From positions 43,204 to 107,203 of the IMG/VR virus record IMGVR_UViG_3300030433_001574: a DNA stretch of 64,000 nucleotides, one strand, 5' to 3'. The position numbers and the translations under genes were made by a program. Below the pieces are notes generated by a model. It was not told the DNA's origin. It saw nothing but the letters and a program-made list of their open reading frames with translations, and ran no database searches. Each line of letters begins with the position of its first letter. Positions within the stretch are counted from its first letter, which is position 1. Shown piece by piece: positions 1 through 15,000 of this stretch. The DNA is from a virus. Lineage: Duplodnaviria > Caudoviricetes.

Positions 1-2
1 AG

Positions 3-3000
3 ATACACTGGTTGGTATGGCGCTGATGTGTCAGGGTTGGTAGCACGCATGTATGACCCACTGCTTGCTCTACCGTTTGGAGTCGAGTAGGTAAACAGCC
101 CATACTTACCACCAGCAGTGGCTGTAAACGCAGTGCTACCGTTTTGCTTACTACCGCTATGCAAAGCCAATGCTGGTCTAAATACAGCGATATGCTGGTT
201 GTCAAGGAGTCGTATAGGTCGTAGCATAAACTGCACTGCATCGTCAGTCATGTTTGTCTGACTGGCTACAGAACTCGTTGTTTGGTATGGGTTGCTTGTC
301 TTTGTGCCACTCATGCCACTTCGTCCCCAGCCTGTATCATCGAATGGGCTGGCGAAACTGCGAGCCTCCAAGATGTAAGTTCCACCCATAGGCTTGAAGT
401 TGCTTGTGTGGCTGAATCGCATCACACCACCATGAGGCTGAGCAGCGAAGGACAAGGATGTCAGGTCGTAGTCACCAAGCGTCTGAGAACCTGACTGCAT
501 ACCACCATGCAACACAACTCTCTGACCTACACCTCTGTTGGTGTGTAGGCTGTGTGCTTCTGAGTTGATGGCTACCATGTTGGCGTTGCTACCAGTCAAG
601 GATTCTATGGTGTCTCCGTCAATACCAATTCGTGGTGAAGAGCGAGAAACAGCATCCTTGTGAACCGATGTTCCGCTGATGGATTCTACCTTGTCGCTAA
701 CCGTCGCTTCAGGTTTAAGCAAACCATCTTCATCAACTTCCAATCGAGCGCTGATACCTCTGACGATTTCACTTGGTTGCAGTGCGTCGTTTCTTGGCCG
801 AATCAAACCTTGACCGAATGTAGGCTCAGCAGTGTTGCTTGATAACACCACACCTGAGTTTTGGTATACTGCGCTGAGTTCAACCAATCTGTCTTCATTG
901 AACTGTGTTGGGAATCGCACACCACGTCCGTTACCCATGTCTCCTACTCGTAGCGCATTGGTAGGAGCAAACACATCGACCAACGTGGTATCTGTGTTAT
1001 TGTTACCAGTGTTCTTTCTACCACCAAAGCGAGGTATTGTAGCCGTTGGAGATGACAGCACGTTGCCGTTGCTGAAATCAACGATACCCTTCAGATTGAA
1101 GATAGGCTTGCCATTGTTCCAAACTCGCTCAAACGGCGTGCGGTTGTTGGTTCTGTCATACTCGTATGCGTCTCCAGCATCCCAAGACGGATTGATACCA
1201 AAACTACGCACTGGGAAGCGACGGACATCCTCACCACGAGTGTTACCCCACCAGTCAATGAGATAATACGATACAGCATCTTTGTAATACAACAATCCCA
1301 TACCAGCAGAATCACCCCACCAATCTCGTATGACTGTGCTGGAGTTTCGCAAAGTGCGTAGAGCACAACCAAATCCTCTTGTCATTCGTCGTCCATCGCT
1401 GTAGCGCACTTGCCATTCGTATTTGTCAGCATTCAACATACCAGCAGCCGTTGTGCTACGCTCAAGAATACCAACATAGGTAGTTGGTAGGTCAGTGTTG
1501 CTTTGTGTGCTGTCTCCACCAGCGTAAAGCCACCCGTTACTTGATATACTCTCATACTCAATTAGTGGCCCTGCTTTGTAGCCAACAGCAAGATTGCTTG
1601 CACCTGAGTGAGTGGCTTGCTCTTGGAATGCTCGCATACCATAGTGACCCCACTGAGGTCTGTTCCAAGCCTGTCGTAGTCCAAAGCGGTAACCAAATGG
1701 ATATGTGCGTAGAGCGCTGAGTGAGCCAGTGCTTACACCGTTAGCAACTGCATAACTACCGTCATCGTCATCGTCTTCCCAATGAATCCCACCATTGTGT
1801 GCGTAACTTTGCGGTAAGTGCCACGCCGCAGCGGCAGCAGCATAGCCATCTAATCGGCTAACGAGTGGGCCACCACGACTACCACACGGCCAGTAGTTTG
1901 AAAGCATAAACGTGCCACTTTGAGATGATAAACCACTGATAGCATTGATGCCTGAGCCACTCAAGACTTCGCCATCACCGTCAAGATAAACCTTATCGCC
2001 CGACACAAGATTGCTCTCAAATATCTTGGTGTAGAGCGTAATGTCAGCACCGCTTGTGCCGTTTACTCTACCAAGAACTCGACCCTTAGCGAACAAAACA
2101 TCTCCGTTACTTACGCCAGTAACCGTATCGGTCATTGTAATAACGGAGACAGTTGTAGTTGCAACCGAACTGACAGTTCCAGTAAGTGGCTTAGGAGGCA
2201 CTGGTGTTTTCATTCGTAACGTAAGTGGGCCATGACTCGCTGCGTAATTGACATCTTGATAGTGGATTGTCTCAAAGTGCTGTGGCATACTGTTGTATGC
2301 GGCGTTATTGACGGCTCTGTCTGAGGTATGATTGACACCGTTTGTAATCCAAGTCCGACTGGCATCTGAATAGAATGTGTGAGGCCGACCCAAGTTAGGA
2401 CTCCAAGCACACAGATATGCGTCGGTTAGGAAAAGACTGTTTGTATCTCTTGTTCCTGTAAGCAACTGACCGAGATTCTTGGTCAATACGCTTTCGCTGT
2501 CGTTGTTGAAAATGTCGTTTACAGACTTTGTAGAATACGGTTTACTCAACGTCAGTTTTGTGCCATCGGCTATGGTAATCCCTGTTGGTAAATGGAACAC
2601 ATCAGGCTCGTTCATCGTCGCTGAACTATGACTCAGACCTTGCCGAGTTGTGTAACTAAACGATACAGTTTTGCCCGTAGAAGGGTCAATGTATTGCAGT
2701 TTTTGTCCGTAATACGGTTTTTCAGGGAAGAGCGAAGCGTCATCAACTTGTATGGCAGTCGCTGAAGAATGTGCTCCGACGACTTTACATGTAGGAGCGA
2801 GGCTTACGTTCTCCATAATCTTGGAGTAGATGTCAGGATAGATGCTTGGGTAACCAGCCAATGTCAATTGGGCAGCGACTGCGCCGTAACTCGCTCGACA
2901 GAATTGGTAGTAGTTGTCAATACGATACAGAGCAAGATGTCTGAAACCAACAGCCGATGCGTCAGACGGAGTGCCTTGATGCATGATACTCCACCACGGT

Positions 3001-6000
3001 ATGTTCGTGGTAAAGCCCGGTGTAGCGTCTTTGAACTCTATCTCAGGAGTTGTTGGGTGATACGGATGACCTCGCCGTGTAAACGAAGGACTCTCCGACC
3101 CTTGAACTCCCAATGGGTTATAAAGCAACATCGGTGGGATGTTAGCCAACTGACTACCGTGGTCAGGGTCGTGGTCAAGGATGACCTCGTTCAAGAATAT
3201 CTCACAGCCTCTTACGTCAGCCAGTGTAGCCTCAGCAAGAATAAGCGTAACACCGCCGATGTTGGCAGAGTTTGTCAGACTTGAGTGTCGCTCTTCGTCG
3301 TATTTGATACCGATAACAAGATTGACTTGCTGACTGGTAAGACCTGATAGTTCTGTGCCAGCAGTTGGTAAACCTGTAGCATCAGCATTGTTGCGATGGA
3401 ATCCAGTGACTTGTTGTGAGCGTAGGTTTGGCTGAATGACGATTTGATATGCACCAACTTCAGCAGGGTCAGGGAAGTGATTAGCCTGAGTATAGTTACC
3501 ACCAGCCTCAAGGACAATTGAGTGTCCACCAGCCTTGTTCATGTCACCAGCAGTGCCTTTTGATGCGAGTATACCGTAGCCGTCATACTTGATTTTCGTC
3601 TCAAACATCAGCGTAAATGCACCACCGTGAATGTCGCTTGGGCCTGACGGATTGGCTGTGAGCGAACCTACTCTGAGCGCTGGGTTGAGTGGGAATATCC
3701 TGTCTGTAACTGCGGTAGGAATAGAGGTCTGATTGTTCGTTGTGCCGTCTACCTCGACCAAGTTGTCAGCCAGTGTCGTATAATCTTCGTCAGGTAGTGA
3801 CGCTAATTTGTCGCTGTTCGCTTTCTCGTATAGTCCTTGATAGGCTGGGTGCGCCCAGTGACCGGGCATCATTGGCATCGTTGCATTGACGAAGTGATGA
3901 CCCATACGAGGAATAGGCATTGGAGTAAGTTGTGGCTTACTGTATCGTGAGTGTATAGTTGTTTGAGCATCGCCGTCAAAGTAGAGAGTGTGAGCCATGT
4001 CAGGGCTGTTACCGCTTACCTCAGCATGGTCACGCAGTCGGCGTGCAGCGAATATACGAGCACTACCAGCAGGGACATAGTATGACGGTGTGATAGTCAA
4101 TGCACCAACAGCAAAATTATCAGCCATAAATTGAGTAAAGTCAATATCACCAACAAGGTCGTTAAACACATCTGAACTTATTGATTTATACGAAGCAATA
4201 ACACTCTCACCTGCTGCGTTGCTAATTCGTATGAATCGTCGGTTATCGGCTACTTCTTGTGTTCCAAAGCCAGTAGAGAATATGTTTTCGTTGATAGCAG
4301 CACTCGCTGTAATTGAGGTTGAAGTGTAGGAATCTACGGTAAGGGCTTGATTAACCACACCAGCGGTGTGAGTGTAGGTCGTCGGGAACTTTTCAGTGTG
4401 GCTGTGACCCATCTTTGTAATGTGGAAGTATAGTGCTCTGTCCTGTTGCTCGTAGGAACTGCGTAGTGTATTGTTACCAGTCGCTGCTACCCAGCCGTCA
4501 CGAGTAGACTCAGGGAAGTTCTCATCTTGTGAGATGTGCTCCCATCCTACTTCGTTCATGGTTGGCCCTTTTCTTGGAGATTTGACCACGTTGTCAAACA
4601 GATGACCAATATGACTTGCACCCAAGTCAGGGTGAATCATACCACCGTCACCGAATGTTTCTGTTTGGTATGCCTGTATTGGGTCGAAACCACTGCGAAC
4701 AAGGATGTTACCGGGAATGGATTCAGGGTCAGGTAATTGAATCTCAAAGTTTGGAGGTATACCACTGTTTGCAGGGACTGGTTGTAGACCGCTTGCCAAT
4801 CTTGTCGATGCAGGTTTATACGCTCTGATGACAATACCCAACGGTGAACCACCCTCAAGCGTATGCACCTGTCCTGTGTCGTCTACAACAGTGATGTCCT
4901 CAAACTGTATCTCTTCGTTTGGTATCTCAAGCACACCACCAAGAGCAATAGGATGTTCCTTTGCTAACGTAGGGTGGGCTATCTCTTGTGCTTGTAGAAC
5001 TGGCATCATAGCCGAGTTTGTTGTCTCAAAAGAGAATCGAATGTTACCATACAACTTCTCGCCCATTGTGTGAGCGTTGCCACCTACTACACGAGTAATC
5101 CACGGCACTGCACCTAAGCCACGAGCATTGGAGGCTGGCATGGTGACTGTTCCACCGTCCATTCGCTTCCATACAATATGCTCTGTGCTGAAGTTCTTGT
5201 GAGGGCTACGCTTCAATACATCGTAAGCATTGACATCACCAGCCCAAAAGATACCTGATTGAACATCATGAGAAGTTGATACCATATTATTCGATGGAGT
5301 GTTGGTTGATGTGATAAAATCAGTAGCAAGGTTACGCTCACCGATGTTTAATTCGTGATTTACAATTCCTACGTTTTTGTCAATATCGAAGAACAAATCA
5401 CCAGTTTCAGCACGACATGGCTCGGCATTTGACAACGAAGAGTCAGCGGAAAGAGAAGGGTGTAAGTAAACTTGAGCATTGAATGGAGCGCCGTCTAAGA
5501 CAGTGCTCGTGGTGTAATCGCTAATGGTAGGAGGTGCTGTGTTGTCAGCAATCAAAGCCTCTACGTTTGGCCCAGCGTTAGCGGGTGCTACAAAGCGGTC
5601 ACTGTGGTGAAATCGCTCGTCCCATTGGGTTGTGCCTCCAGCCAGCAAGTAGTCGCCTGTAGAGGTATGGTTGTCTCTGTCTTTCCTTGCCACCAAACTC
5701 AACTCACCTTCGTGGGCTACAACGAGCAAAGCACGAGAGTAAGTGCCTTGAGCGTGAATCAACTCTTTCTGTATCTCAGGCATATCTCGCATAACTGGTG
5801 GGTTGTTGAACTGAGCGCCATCAGTCCAGCCCATAATGTATGTGCCAAATCCTACTGTATCATCAGTGCTGTAAGATACAGAGTCAGCCTCGGTATCGCC
5901 GTCACTTGGGAAGTTGCTGAGACTACCACCCGGTATGTCTGTCGGTGGCATACTTTCGGGAGAGTTAGGTAGAGGGGTTGTGTGAGGTAGATGACCAAGC

Positions 6001-9000
6001 ATGTTGGCGCAAGACGAAGAGCCACCGTATGGTGAAAACCCAAGCATAGAATGCCAAGCACCAAGACCAGCCGAGAAACCACCGTCTACTGACAATGTGT
6101 TGAGGTAAGAGTATCGTTCACCATGCCACCCTACTGCTCCGACTGGCTTTGTTCTGTCTATTGCATCAGCGATACCACTGAAATGTGGTGCTCCGATACC
6201 GTAGTTTGAGAAACGACTACCTGCTGAGTTATCCACTCCGATGGTTGCGCTCTTTGACCATATCCATATTTTTGTCCCAACAGAAGGCGCAGGGTGTGGT
6301 AATGTTACTCCACTTACGTTTGAGCCGCCACCACTGTTGAACGCTACTGAAGTATTTGCGTAGATACGCCAAGCCTCTCCGTCTTCAAAGGCTTTCAAAC
6401 CTGTAACCTTATTGTGTGACAAAAAGAATCGACAACGCAACGGGCTATCTACAGCGCTTCCGTCTCTGTAAAACGCACGACTATGATAAGAAGCCCACGC
6501 CGATGACTTGACTGAACTACTTACAGACGCTCCATAGTCATGATTGGCTTCTGTTCGCAACCAACCTGATGCTGGCACACGATTTGCAACTGACTCTTCG
6601 TTTCCTGTTGCAGCACCAGTAATCTCAACGTCGATAAAGCAATCACCGTTCTTAAGACTCGCACCACCTGTTGCTGTGTTACCGAGTGTATTGCGGGTGA
6701 ATGTAATTGTGACACCAGTGTTTGTAGCATTCGGGGCTGGGTTTATTGTGACAGTGTTTGCTGTTGAGTTAAAGGAAGCAACTACACTGTTGGCTTGAAT
6801 ACCAGTTCCGCTTACAGATTGACCCGCTTGTATCAAAGCAGGGAACGTCCCAGTGACTGCTATAGCAGCAACACCACTGGTGACGTTTGCAGTAAACGTG
6901 CTGGTTGCTGTGCCGCTTCTGACCATAGGTGCGACACTTACTGTGTTGTTTGAATAACCATAATCAGTAACATCGCTATTCGCTGTAACTCCGCCTACTG
7001 TTCCGTTTCCGTAAACGCCGCTTGGTATTGCTTTTGAAATACTTTCTATCCATCCATATCGGTCTTGGCGAGTAGCGTTACCCATTGATGGCATAAACGT
7101 CCCACCAATAGCCTTGAGAGCACCTTTACCGGGAAACGTATTGATAGCAGCACCCAGCACACAAGCCAACTCTTCTCCGTTCTGACAACGTGTAGCATCT
7201 ACTACGATGTATTCGTGGTCTACGTCGCTTGCTGTCAATGTATCAGTGCTAAAGCCGGGAGAGCCTGAGTTGTCGTTTGAATGTAGCATCTTCGTTGCCA
7301 GCACACCAGCGACTCTGAATGCAGTCTTGTTGATACGACTAACATTTGTGTTCAAACTAATTCTTGTTGCAGCGCCCTGTAGTGGTGGATTCATAGTGAT
7401 TTGATTATCCATCCAAGAACCACCGGGATGGTTACCGTTGTCCATATGCCAGCACAAGTCAGCGTTTTTGACCATACCTCCAGCGTAAAACATAGCGTGT
7501 CTACTGGGTTGAGCAACAGCATATGCTTTCGCTACGTCATCTGTAAAGTTAGAAGCAGTGCTGTAGTGGTCAAAGGCGTTAGCGGTAAACGAGTTACCGT
7601 AGTTTCTACCATTCTCAGGTCGCTCTCGCAAAAACACAGTATCGGGTATACCGAGAGGCGACTCCCAGTTTAGCACTTGTCGGTAATGGAATCGGTGCTT
7701 AGCCAACTGTGTTGCTGCACGCTCAGGCATGTATTCTCCAGTAGAATTTTGAATGTGATTTGGTAAAAAGGCACGACCACCAGCCCCACTTGACATATTC
7801 GGAACTTTTGACCAAGCGTTACCAGTGCTCACAGCCTCGCCGGGGTGTGGCTCAAACGCATTGTCGGGACTTGCTTTTTCTTGACAGAGAGGGAATGCTT
7901 GACCCGGCCCAAAAATGATGTATGTTGTCTTGTTGTCTACACTGTCACGATGGTCGTTGTATCGTGCGGTTGGGTGTGCAAAGCGCAACACCATAGGAGA
8001 CGGCACTTGCATGTGAACCCCAGCGGTATATGGAGCAGCATTGGGGTGTATGTTACTCACACTTTGAGCACCTCTCTTGATGTCAGGAGACAAAATGTTG
8101 TCCTTGTTGTAAACTGGTGGATTGATACTACCACGATGTTGCTTTAACAAAGCAGTTGCTGGGAAGAAAGCCATGATAGCGTTACAGTCAAGTGTAGAGA
8201 ATGAAGAAAGAATTTCATTGGCATTTTGAATACCAGCAGAGCCTGTTGGCCCATTAGCATACGGATGTGTGTTGTGCTCTGAGTAATCGTTCTGTGTCCC
8301 GTCATTGATGTCTACCACAGCGCCGCTGAAACCACCACCAAAGAACAGAGGAACGTAATTGTCAGGGCCATCACGAGCGCCAGTAAAGTGAATGATTGGT
8401 AAAGAATGCACGCTACCAAGAGAGCGCTTACCAGCAAACAAATACGCCCTTAAATCAGCGTATTTTTGGACAACAAGTGTCCCGCTTGGGTTTGATGAAG
8501 GCCAGTCTCCGCTTCTCAAATTAGAATCAAGTAATTGGCTAAACGTTTTCTCAGAAACATATCCACCACTATTTACATTCTGACTTTCTGTGACTGCTGT
8601 ATGTGTGCCATAACTGATAGGAGTCTTTGTGCCAAAAGAATCTACTCTTGCGTAGTCTTGTGTTTGCCCTTGTTCAACGTGATTAACCGATGCTTCGTAA
8701 CCAGCGGGTTTAGCGAAGTGCCACATTTCATTATCGCCGTGTAAAGCCATCATAGATGCAGAATGAACATTGGTCATCTTTAGTGTTGGATTGTCGAGAT
8801 TTGGTAGAATCAAATCTCCGCTTGATTCAATAAAGTTTTCACCAATCAAATTCTTTCGCCATGTGCTGGTATTGATAGGATTGTTTTGCGAGTCTACGAT
8901 ATTTGGCGTAGCAGTATTTGCATTATGTCCTCTACCCTTTGTTGTAATCTGTATAATCGTTGAAGGGATATAACCACAGTTCAGGCTTCGTCCTTTAGCA

Positions 9001-12000
9001 ATCAAGCCATCGCCTACTGGTCGTGTCGCATCACCTGTTACAGTAACTCCGTCGTTGTTAATCTTCAGGCTCTCGACTTCACCATACTCAATGTGGCTGG
9101 CTCTGATACCAACGTCTTGTGAAAGACTCGCTGTAAAGAAGTCCGATATAGGCTCAATGTTGCCTTTTGTATTGTAGGCTTTGATTTTGATTGACTCATC
9201 TGTAATACCCCATTCACCGAAAGTGCGACCATCAGCGGCATACATGTTGGTGCAATCAAAAGTCGTTTCTTCATTGGGGTCTGTTAGGTTGATGGCGGCA
9301 GCAGTTACGGCTGCCATTAGTTCGTCTGTGACAAGCGTAGTCCAGTTAGCAACTGGTGTTATCAAAGCAGAGATACCGTCTGTTTCTTCACCAACAACAA
9401 AGTCACCAAGAGTGAGCGTGGGAGCAGTGTTGCTGTGAGTGTGAATTTTGTGTCGTGAGATGTATGTGTCTCCAGTTACACCGTGGAATACATGTGTTCC
9501 TGTTTTGTCGTTTCTTGTGCGGTGAGTGTAGGCAAACATGTTACCCCAGTTACCAGTAAGGGATGCATCGTTGTAAGGGTCTGATAAGTGAATGACACCG
9601 TTTTCAGCAGGGAATCCCATGTAACCCAATACATCATGATGAGGGCAGTCATCGTATGGAGCATAGAGTGTAACTGTAATTGTTTTATCCGTTGTATTGT
9701 AAACAACGTCTGTGTTGTAAGAAGCATTTGGAGCAGGTGCTCCTCGCCATAGGTTGCCTCGCCAGTTTGCAAGACCAGCGTTAGAAGGCGTGGCTGGGAA
9801 TCGCCCTGTTGGGTCGCTTATACCATGCATGTGCTTACCAATCGTGAAACCACCTTGCGAGCAATCTTTGTGATTGAAGTAAACTACAATTTCATTCTCC
9901 AACGTCTTTGGTAGAAGCGTGTTGTCTAAGGCAAATTTCTCTCCCATGTTCTTGTAGATGTAACGTATACCATGCTCTACCCCTCTGTGGTCTTGCAATC
10001 GTAGACCGTAGATAGGAGAATCGCCTATACTATCAGGGAATACCTGAGCAGTAGGAACGTGACCAGTATAGGTGGTAGCGGGTTCTGTGTCCACCACCTT
10101 TGTGAGTTTACCATAGTCGTTAGCAAATCGCTCATCGCCCTTTCTACCAAAGCCCCACTTACCAGCGTCAGGTGCGAAGCCGGGGACACCAGCAGAGACA
10201 AGACCACCGAAGTTTATTCGTGCCACAGCGTTTGTTCCGACACGCAAACCCTCTGTGAATGATGTGTTGAATCCCTCAATTTCAAGTGATTCAGTGTTGA
10301 GCGTATTGTGGTTTTGTCCACTACCGCTGTGCGCTGATACTGCACGCAGTCTTGGTGTCGTCGTCTCGTCATGGTTGTTGGAGAACTCACCTTTTGGAAC
10401 GACGGCTTGCATGGACTCATCGGGTTGAGTATACTGTCTCAAAGAAGTAATCGGAGCAAACGGTCTTCCATGTTTATTAAGCGGCATTGGCGCTGGGTGC
10501 ATGTTTTCTCCACTCAGTTCATCAGGCATACACCAAAATGTTCTGAAACGACCACCATGACCAATCATAAATTCAGGCTTGTAAGGAACTTGCCCTTTGC
10601 TGTTGTCGAGCCATACAGCAAAGTTACGCCCAGTAGCACCGGGAACTGTGCTGTGAATGATGATTGAGAATCCTTCTTCGTTACCGTCCACGTCTCTAAC
10701 GACACGACCAAGATGAGCACGAATGTAACCCATGTGTGTTCCCTTATCGTGCGACTCAAACGCCTTGTCCTCATCCCACCATACAACAGGGTCGTGAGTA
10801 GAACCAGTTGTAGCAAAATCAGCCTCACCAACAACTTTCACAGGGTATTGTTTGTTTGTGTTGTTGCTGTGTGTGCGCCCTTTCTTTGCAGCGGCTTGAT
10901 TTATCATACGCACAACTTCGGTAGCCGCCGCTTCGACGCTGGTGATACCATCTCTAACTGCGACTTCGCCCAAGTCAATAGTCATCCTTCTTGTGAAATC
11001 CATCTGAGTCCATTGAGGTAGATGCTGTAGTCTTGTCTCAGTAGTCATGTTGGATAGGTCAAGAGCCTCTGAGCGAATGCCCTTGAGAGCAAGGAAGGCT
11101 GGGATGACACGAGTGCCGTCAGGTGTATCGAACAGCGTAGATGTTTCTTCGTTTCTTCTGTTCATAAACAGGGTAAAACTACCATCTTCGTTACCGCTTA
11201 CATTCGCTGTGCCTGTTGGAAGAATGTAGAGGCTTCGGTCACCGATGAAAATGGTGTCACCTTCTTCGTAGAGACTGTCACCATGTCGATTTACAGTAGC
11301 GGTAACAACTGCGTTGCTTGCGATAGTGACATCAACGGTCATGCCACTGCCTTGACCATCTGTGGTTGTTTTTACATTGTAGAACGTGCCGTTGTTATAT
11401 CCGCTACCACCAGCCTTTAGCGTCAAAGTTTTGCCTTTTGAAATACGATGTTGCATTAAAGCCTTAATCAAAACGTCGTTGGATGAAAACAACTTTCTCG
11501 TTTTGTTATGTTCTTTGTTAGCATGGTATGGTATAGCAACCGCATTGTTGGTGCGAGATGTAATGCTATCACCCAGCGTGCGTTTCTTAGCCAGTGGGCC
11601 ACCAGTATGGTAACCAGTGTGTATGAAGTGACCATGTGCTTTACCATAGAGAGCAGCCTGAGTCATAGAAGTTAGAGCATTGACGATGCCTGAAGTGGTT
11701 GTAAAGACCTTGAAAACTGCGTCATTGTTTCCACCTGTAATTCTGACTCGCCTTTCTTGTCCACTTCTTGAGTTGCTGTAACCACTTCCACCGTTTCTGA
11801 CTACAATGTTGGTAATTTGTCCAGCAGACGCTGTAATGTCTACCGTTAGCCCTGTTCCACCAGCATTGATGTCAGTCGTAGACAAGTTATTGGCTGTTGA
11901 ATAACCAGTTCCGTTTTGTCGGTGAAGCAAATTTGTTCCTAAAGACTCAAGCCTTGTGACAACCCCTGAAACTGGGCTTAACATCGCATCTGAGATGTTG

Positions 12001-15000
12001 TTGCCGATGTTGTGAGCGTATGCACTCTCCATGAAGTTGGATTGTTGATACGCTCTGATGTATTTGTTTTGAGAAGAATAGCCGTTAGCGACATCTATTT
12101 GCGTGATAAATGGGTTCTGAGCACCGCCGTTGTATTTGATAGCGTAGTTGCTCAAGTCAATTTCATCTGTCCCATCGGCCACGTTGATTGACGATGACAG
12201 CCTCTCAAAGCCCAACTCAGCAGCCTTTGGTGAAGTTTGGACTTGCATATGTATGTCTTGGAAAGCGATGAACTCACGGTCATGCGCTACGTCATACAAC
12301 AACACACGAGCGTGGCCTTCTGTAGCAAGATACGGGTCAAGGTAAGCCACAGTCGGTGGATTGCTCATACCCAGTTCATCGTAGTTCAACTCAATGGTTT
12401 TATTGACGTGCTGAACAAAGTTACGAGCCGTTTCGATACAACTATCACCAATCAAGAAGTTTTCAAGAGGGATTGAATCACGAGGCTCTGTAGCCATAAG
12501 CCCTTGACCACCATTGAATCCCTTCCAAACAAGCGCTTCGTTAAGCACACCACGACTCTTAGCAAACATACCCTGAACAGCGTGAGGGTTGTTGTAGGTC
12601 ATGTTCATCCATACAGTATCACCACGACGCAAACCACCTTGAGCGTAAGGGAACAACCACGTTCTGTTTAGACAAGCCTCTTCGTCATTCTTCATCATCG
12701 AATGACATCCAGTTCGGAGGTATACTTTTTCCGTAGAAGGCGAAGCCGCTGCTTGAGTAATCATATTGTTGAGACTGGTCTTGTTGGCAGCAGGGACTGC
12801 TGTTTTGAGGTAAATTTTCGTATTGACGGCTGGAATTGTTACTGGATTACCTCTGATTGCCCCTTCAACGATGTATTCAACTTGACCCAACAATGTCACA
12901 GTAGTAGGACTTCCGCTAATTTCATGTTCGGCATAAATCCAATCGTTAGGTTTGACATTCAAATAGAGTGTATTGGCTTGTAGAAGTTGAGATTTTGTCT
13001 GACTCTCAAGAGTCAGTTCCTTATCACTCCCGCTAATGCCCGCTATCTCCCACGGCGATGAATAGAATGCGGCTCTACCAGTATGCGACTTGTTTACTGT
13101 GTTGTCCAACTTTGTGTTGTATTTGTCGCTTGAGAAGAAAACATCGTAGCCGTATTTTGTCAGCGTGGCTGTCTCACCTTTCAGTGTGTCGTTCTTGAGA
13201 TAAGAAGGAACTGTGTTGTTCTCTTTGGTCATCACTATGATGCTGGACAGTGTATCAAGAGAGTCAGTAGGTGTTAGACCACCACTAACCAACGTGCTCT
13301 TGTTTTTGTTCCCTTCTCCAAAGTAGACAAATATGTTTGAGTCAATCTCCAAACTGTAGTGTGCTTGTCCCATCTCCCACTCATAATCAGCGTTGATACT
13401 GTTCGGTTGCCTTTCGACAGATGGGAACTTGTCTACATCTTCCTGACTCATAATGAGATGAGCAAAACCAGTATACACCGAGCCATTCATGATTGGCTCT
13501 ACACTCAAGACAGTTCCTGTTGCACGACCACTTTGCACTCTTGCGGCGTGAGGATTTGATAGCGGCCCTGCCTTAAACTCGACAGCGCTTACATACTGAC
13601 GCAAACCGTAGTCGATGTTACCGCCTTGCGTCTTGACACTGGCTGCGTCGTAGTAGTATTCGCTTCTGTTCTCAAAGTCAGCAGCGGCGTTGAGCGCATC
13701 ACCCTTGAGTGGCACTAAGACCTCAGAGTCGTATGCATTCCCCATGAGAAGAGGCGTGCCTATGGTGAGTTGAGAGACAAAGCCTTTCGATACATAGGAT
13801 TCTTCTTTTGTAATTTCTATGTAACCATCTGTTATTGGGTCATTGGAGTAGATAGCCCACTCTCCTGAAGGAAGGAAGACTCTACGGAACAGCAAGACGT
13901 TATCGACGTTGTAGTGATTGGTGTTGGTCGTTGTTACATCACCTGCTGGGAACATGGCTGGATTACTAACATAGATTCGATAATTGGTTGAGTTCGTCTC
14001 AAAGTTCGTGATGTTCGACTGATTGTTCCTCTCGTTAGCGAGAATACTCTTTGCATACGCTCCGTATGCGCTTCTGTCTGATGGAGGTAGGTCTTGGTAT
14101 CTACGCCCTACTGGTGAAGGATTCCATGTGTGTGCGGTCATGGTAGGGTCGATGTGAAGTTTCAACGAGTTGTCAGGGCTTGGGTAACTGTTGTTTTCTC
14201 TATCAGCAAAGAACTGACCTCTGAACAAAGGTATCTCAACCAAAGCACGAGTTGAAGCAAATTGAGTCCCAAGTTGATAATCATGTGATATGTTGTCCAT
14301 TGATTGGAACATTCGGTCATTGACTGTCGTGCCGTCAGACTGTAGGTTTTCAATGAAGAAGTGACCGTCTCCCATGATGATTTCACCAAGAGGAAAATCT
14401 TGAGACTGCGTGCCAGTTAGAACATCAGCATCCTTTCGCAAACCGCTACCAACTACCCAGTCTTGGAATGTGGCAACAGCGTTACCGTTGGGTAGTAGGA
14501 AACGACGAGTAGATACGTTAGAATCAGTGAACAAGAAACACGCACCAGTCTTGCTTTGATATTCCGCATTTGCTCCGTTTTTCAGGTAAATTCTTCCTAC
14601 TTTCGGAAACGGATAAGTCCCCCAACTCGCTAAATCGGGGGAGTCGTTGTTAAGAGGAGACACTTCGATAAATTGCGTTCCGTTACTGGTGCTCAAATCG
14701 ACCCTTACTTTAGTAGCAAGACAAGAGAACCCTCTTCGACTACTGTATGGTAAATGAGCCAGTGTGCTTCTGTCAAACGATGGCTTTGTGTCGTATGCTC
14801 CTTGACCTACACCACCCAACGTAACACTCACGACAGGTGCGTTAGGGTCTATCTCTTTGACGACATGAGAGTCAGGGCTGCCTGAGCCTAACTCGTTGAT
14901 GCTTCGTGTAGCAGCGACATCAGAAAGACCAACGCAGTGAACAAGCGTAGAACGCCCGTTTTCATCTTCTACTTGTTCAATCCCTCGCAACTTTGAGCGA

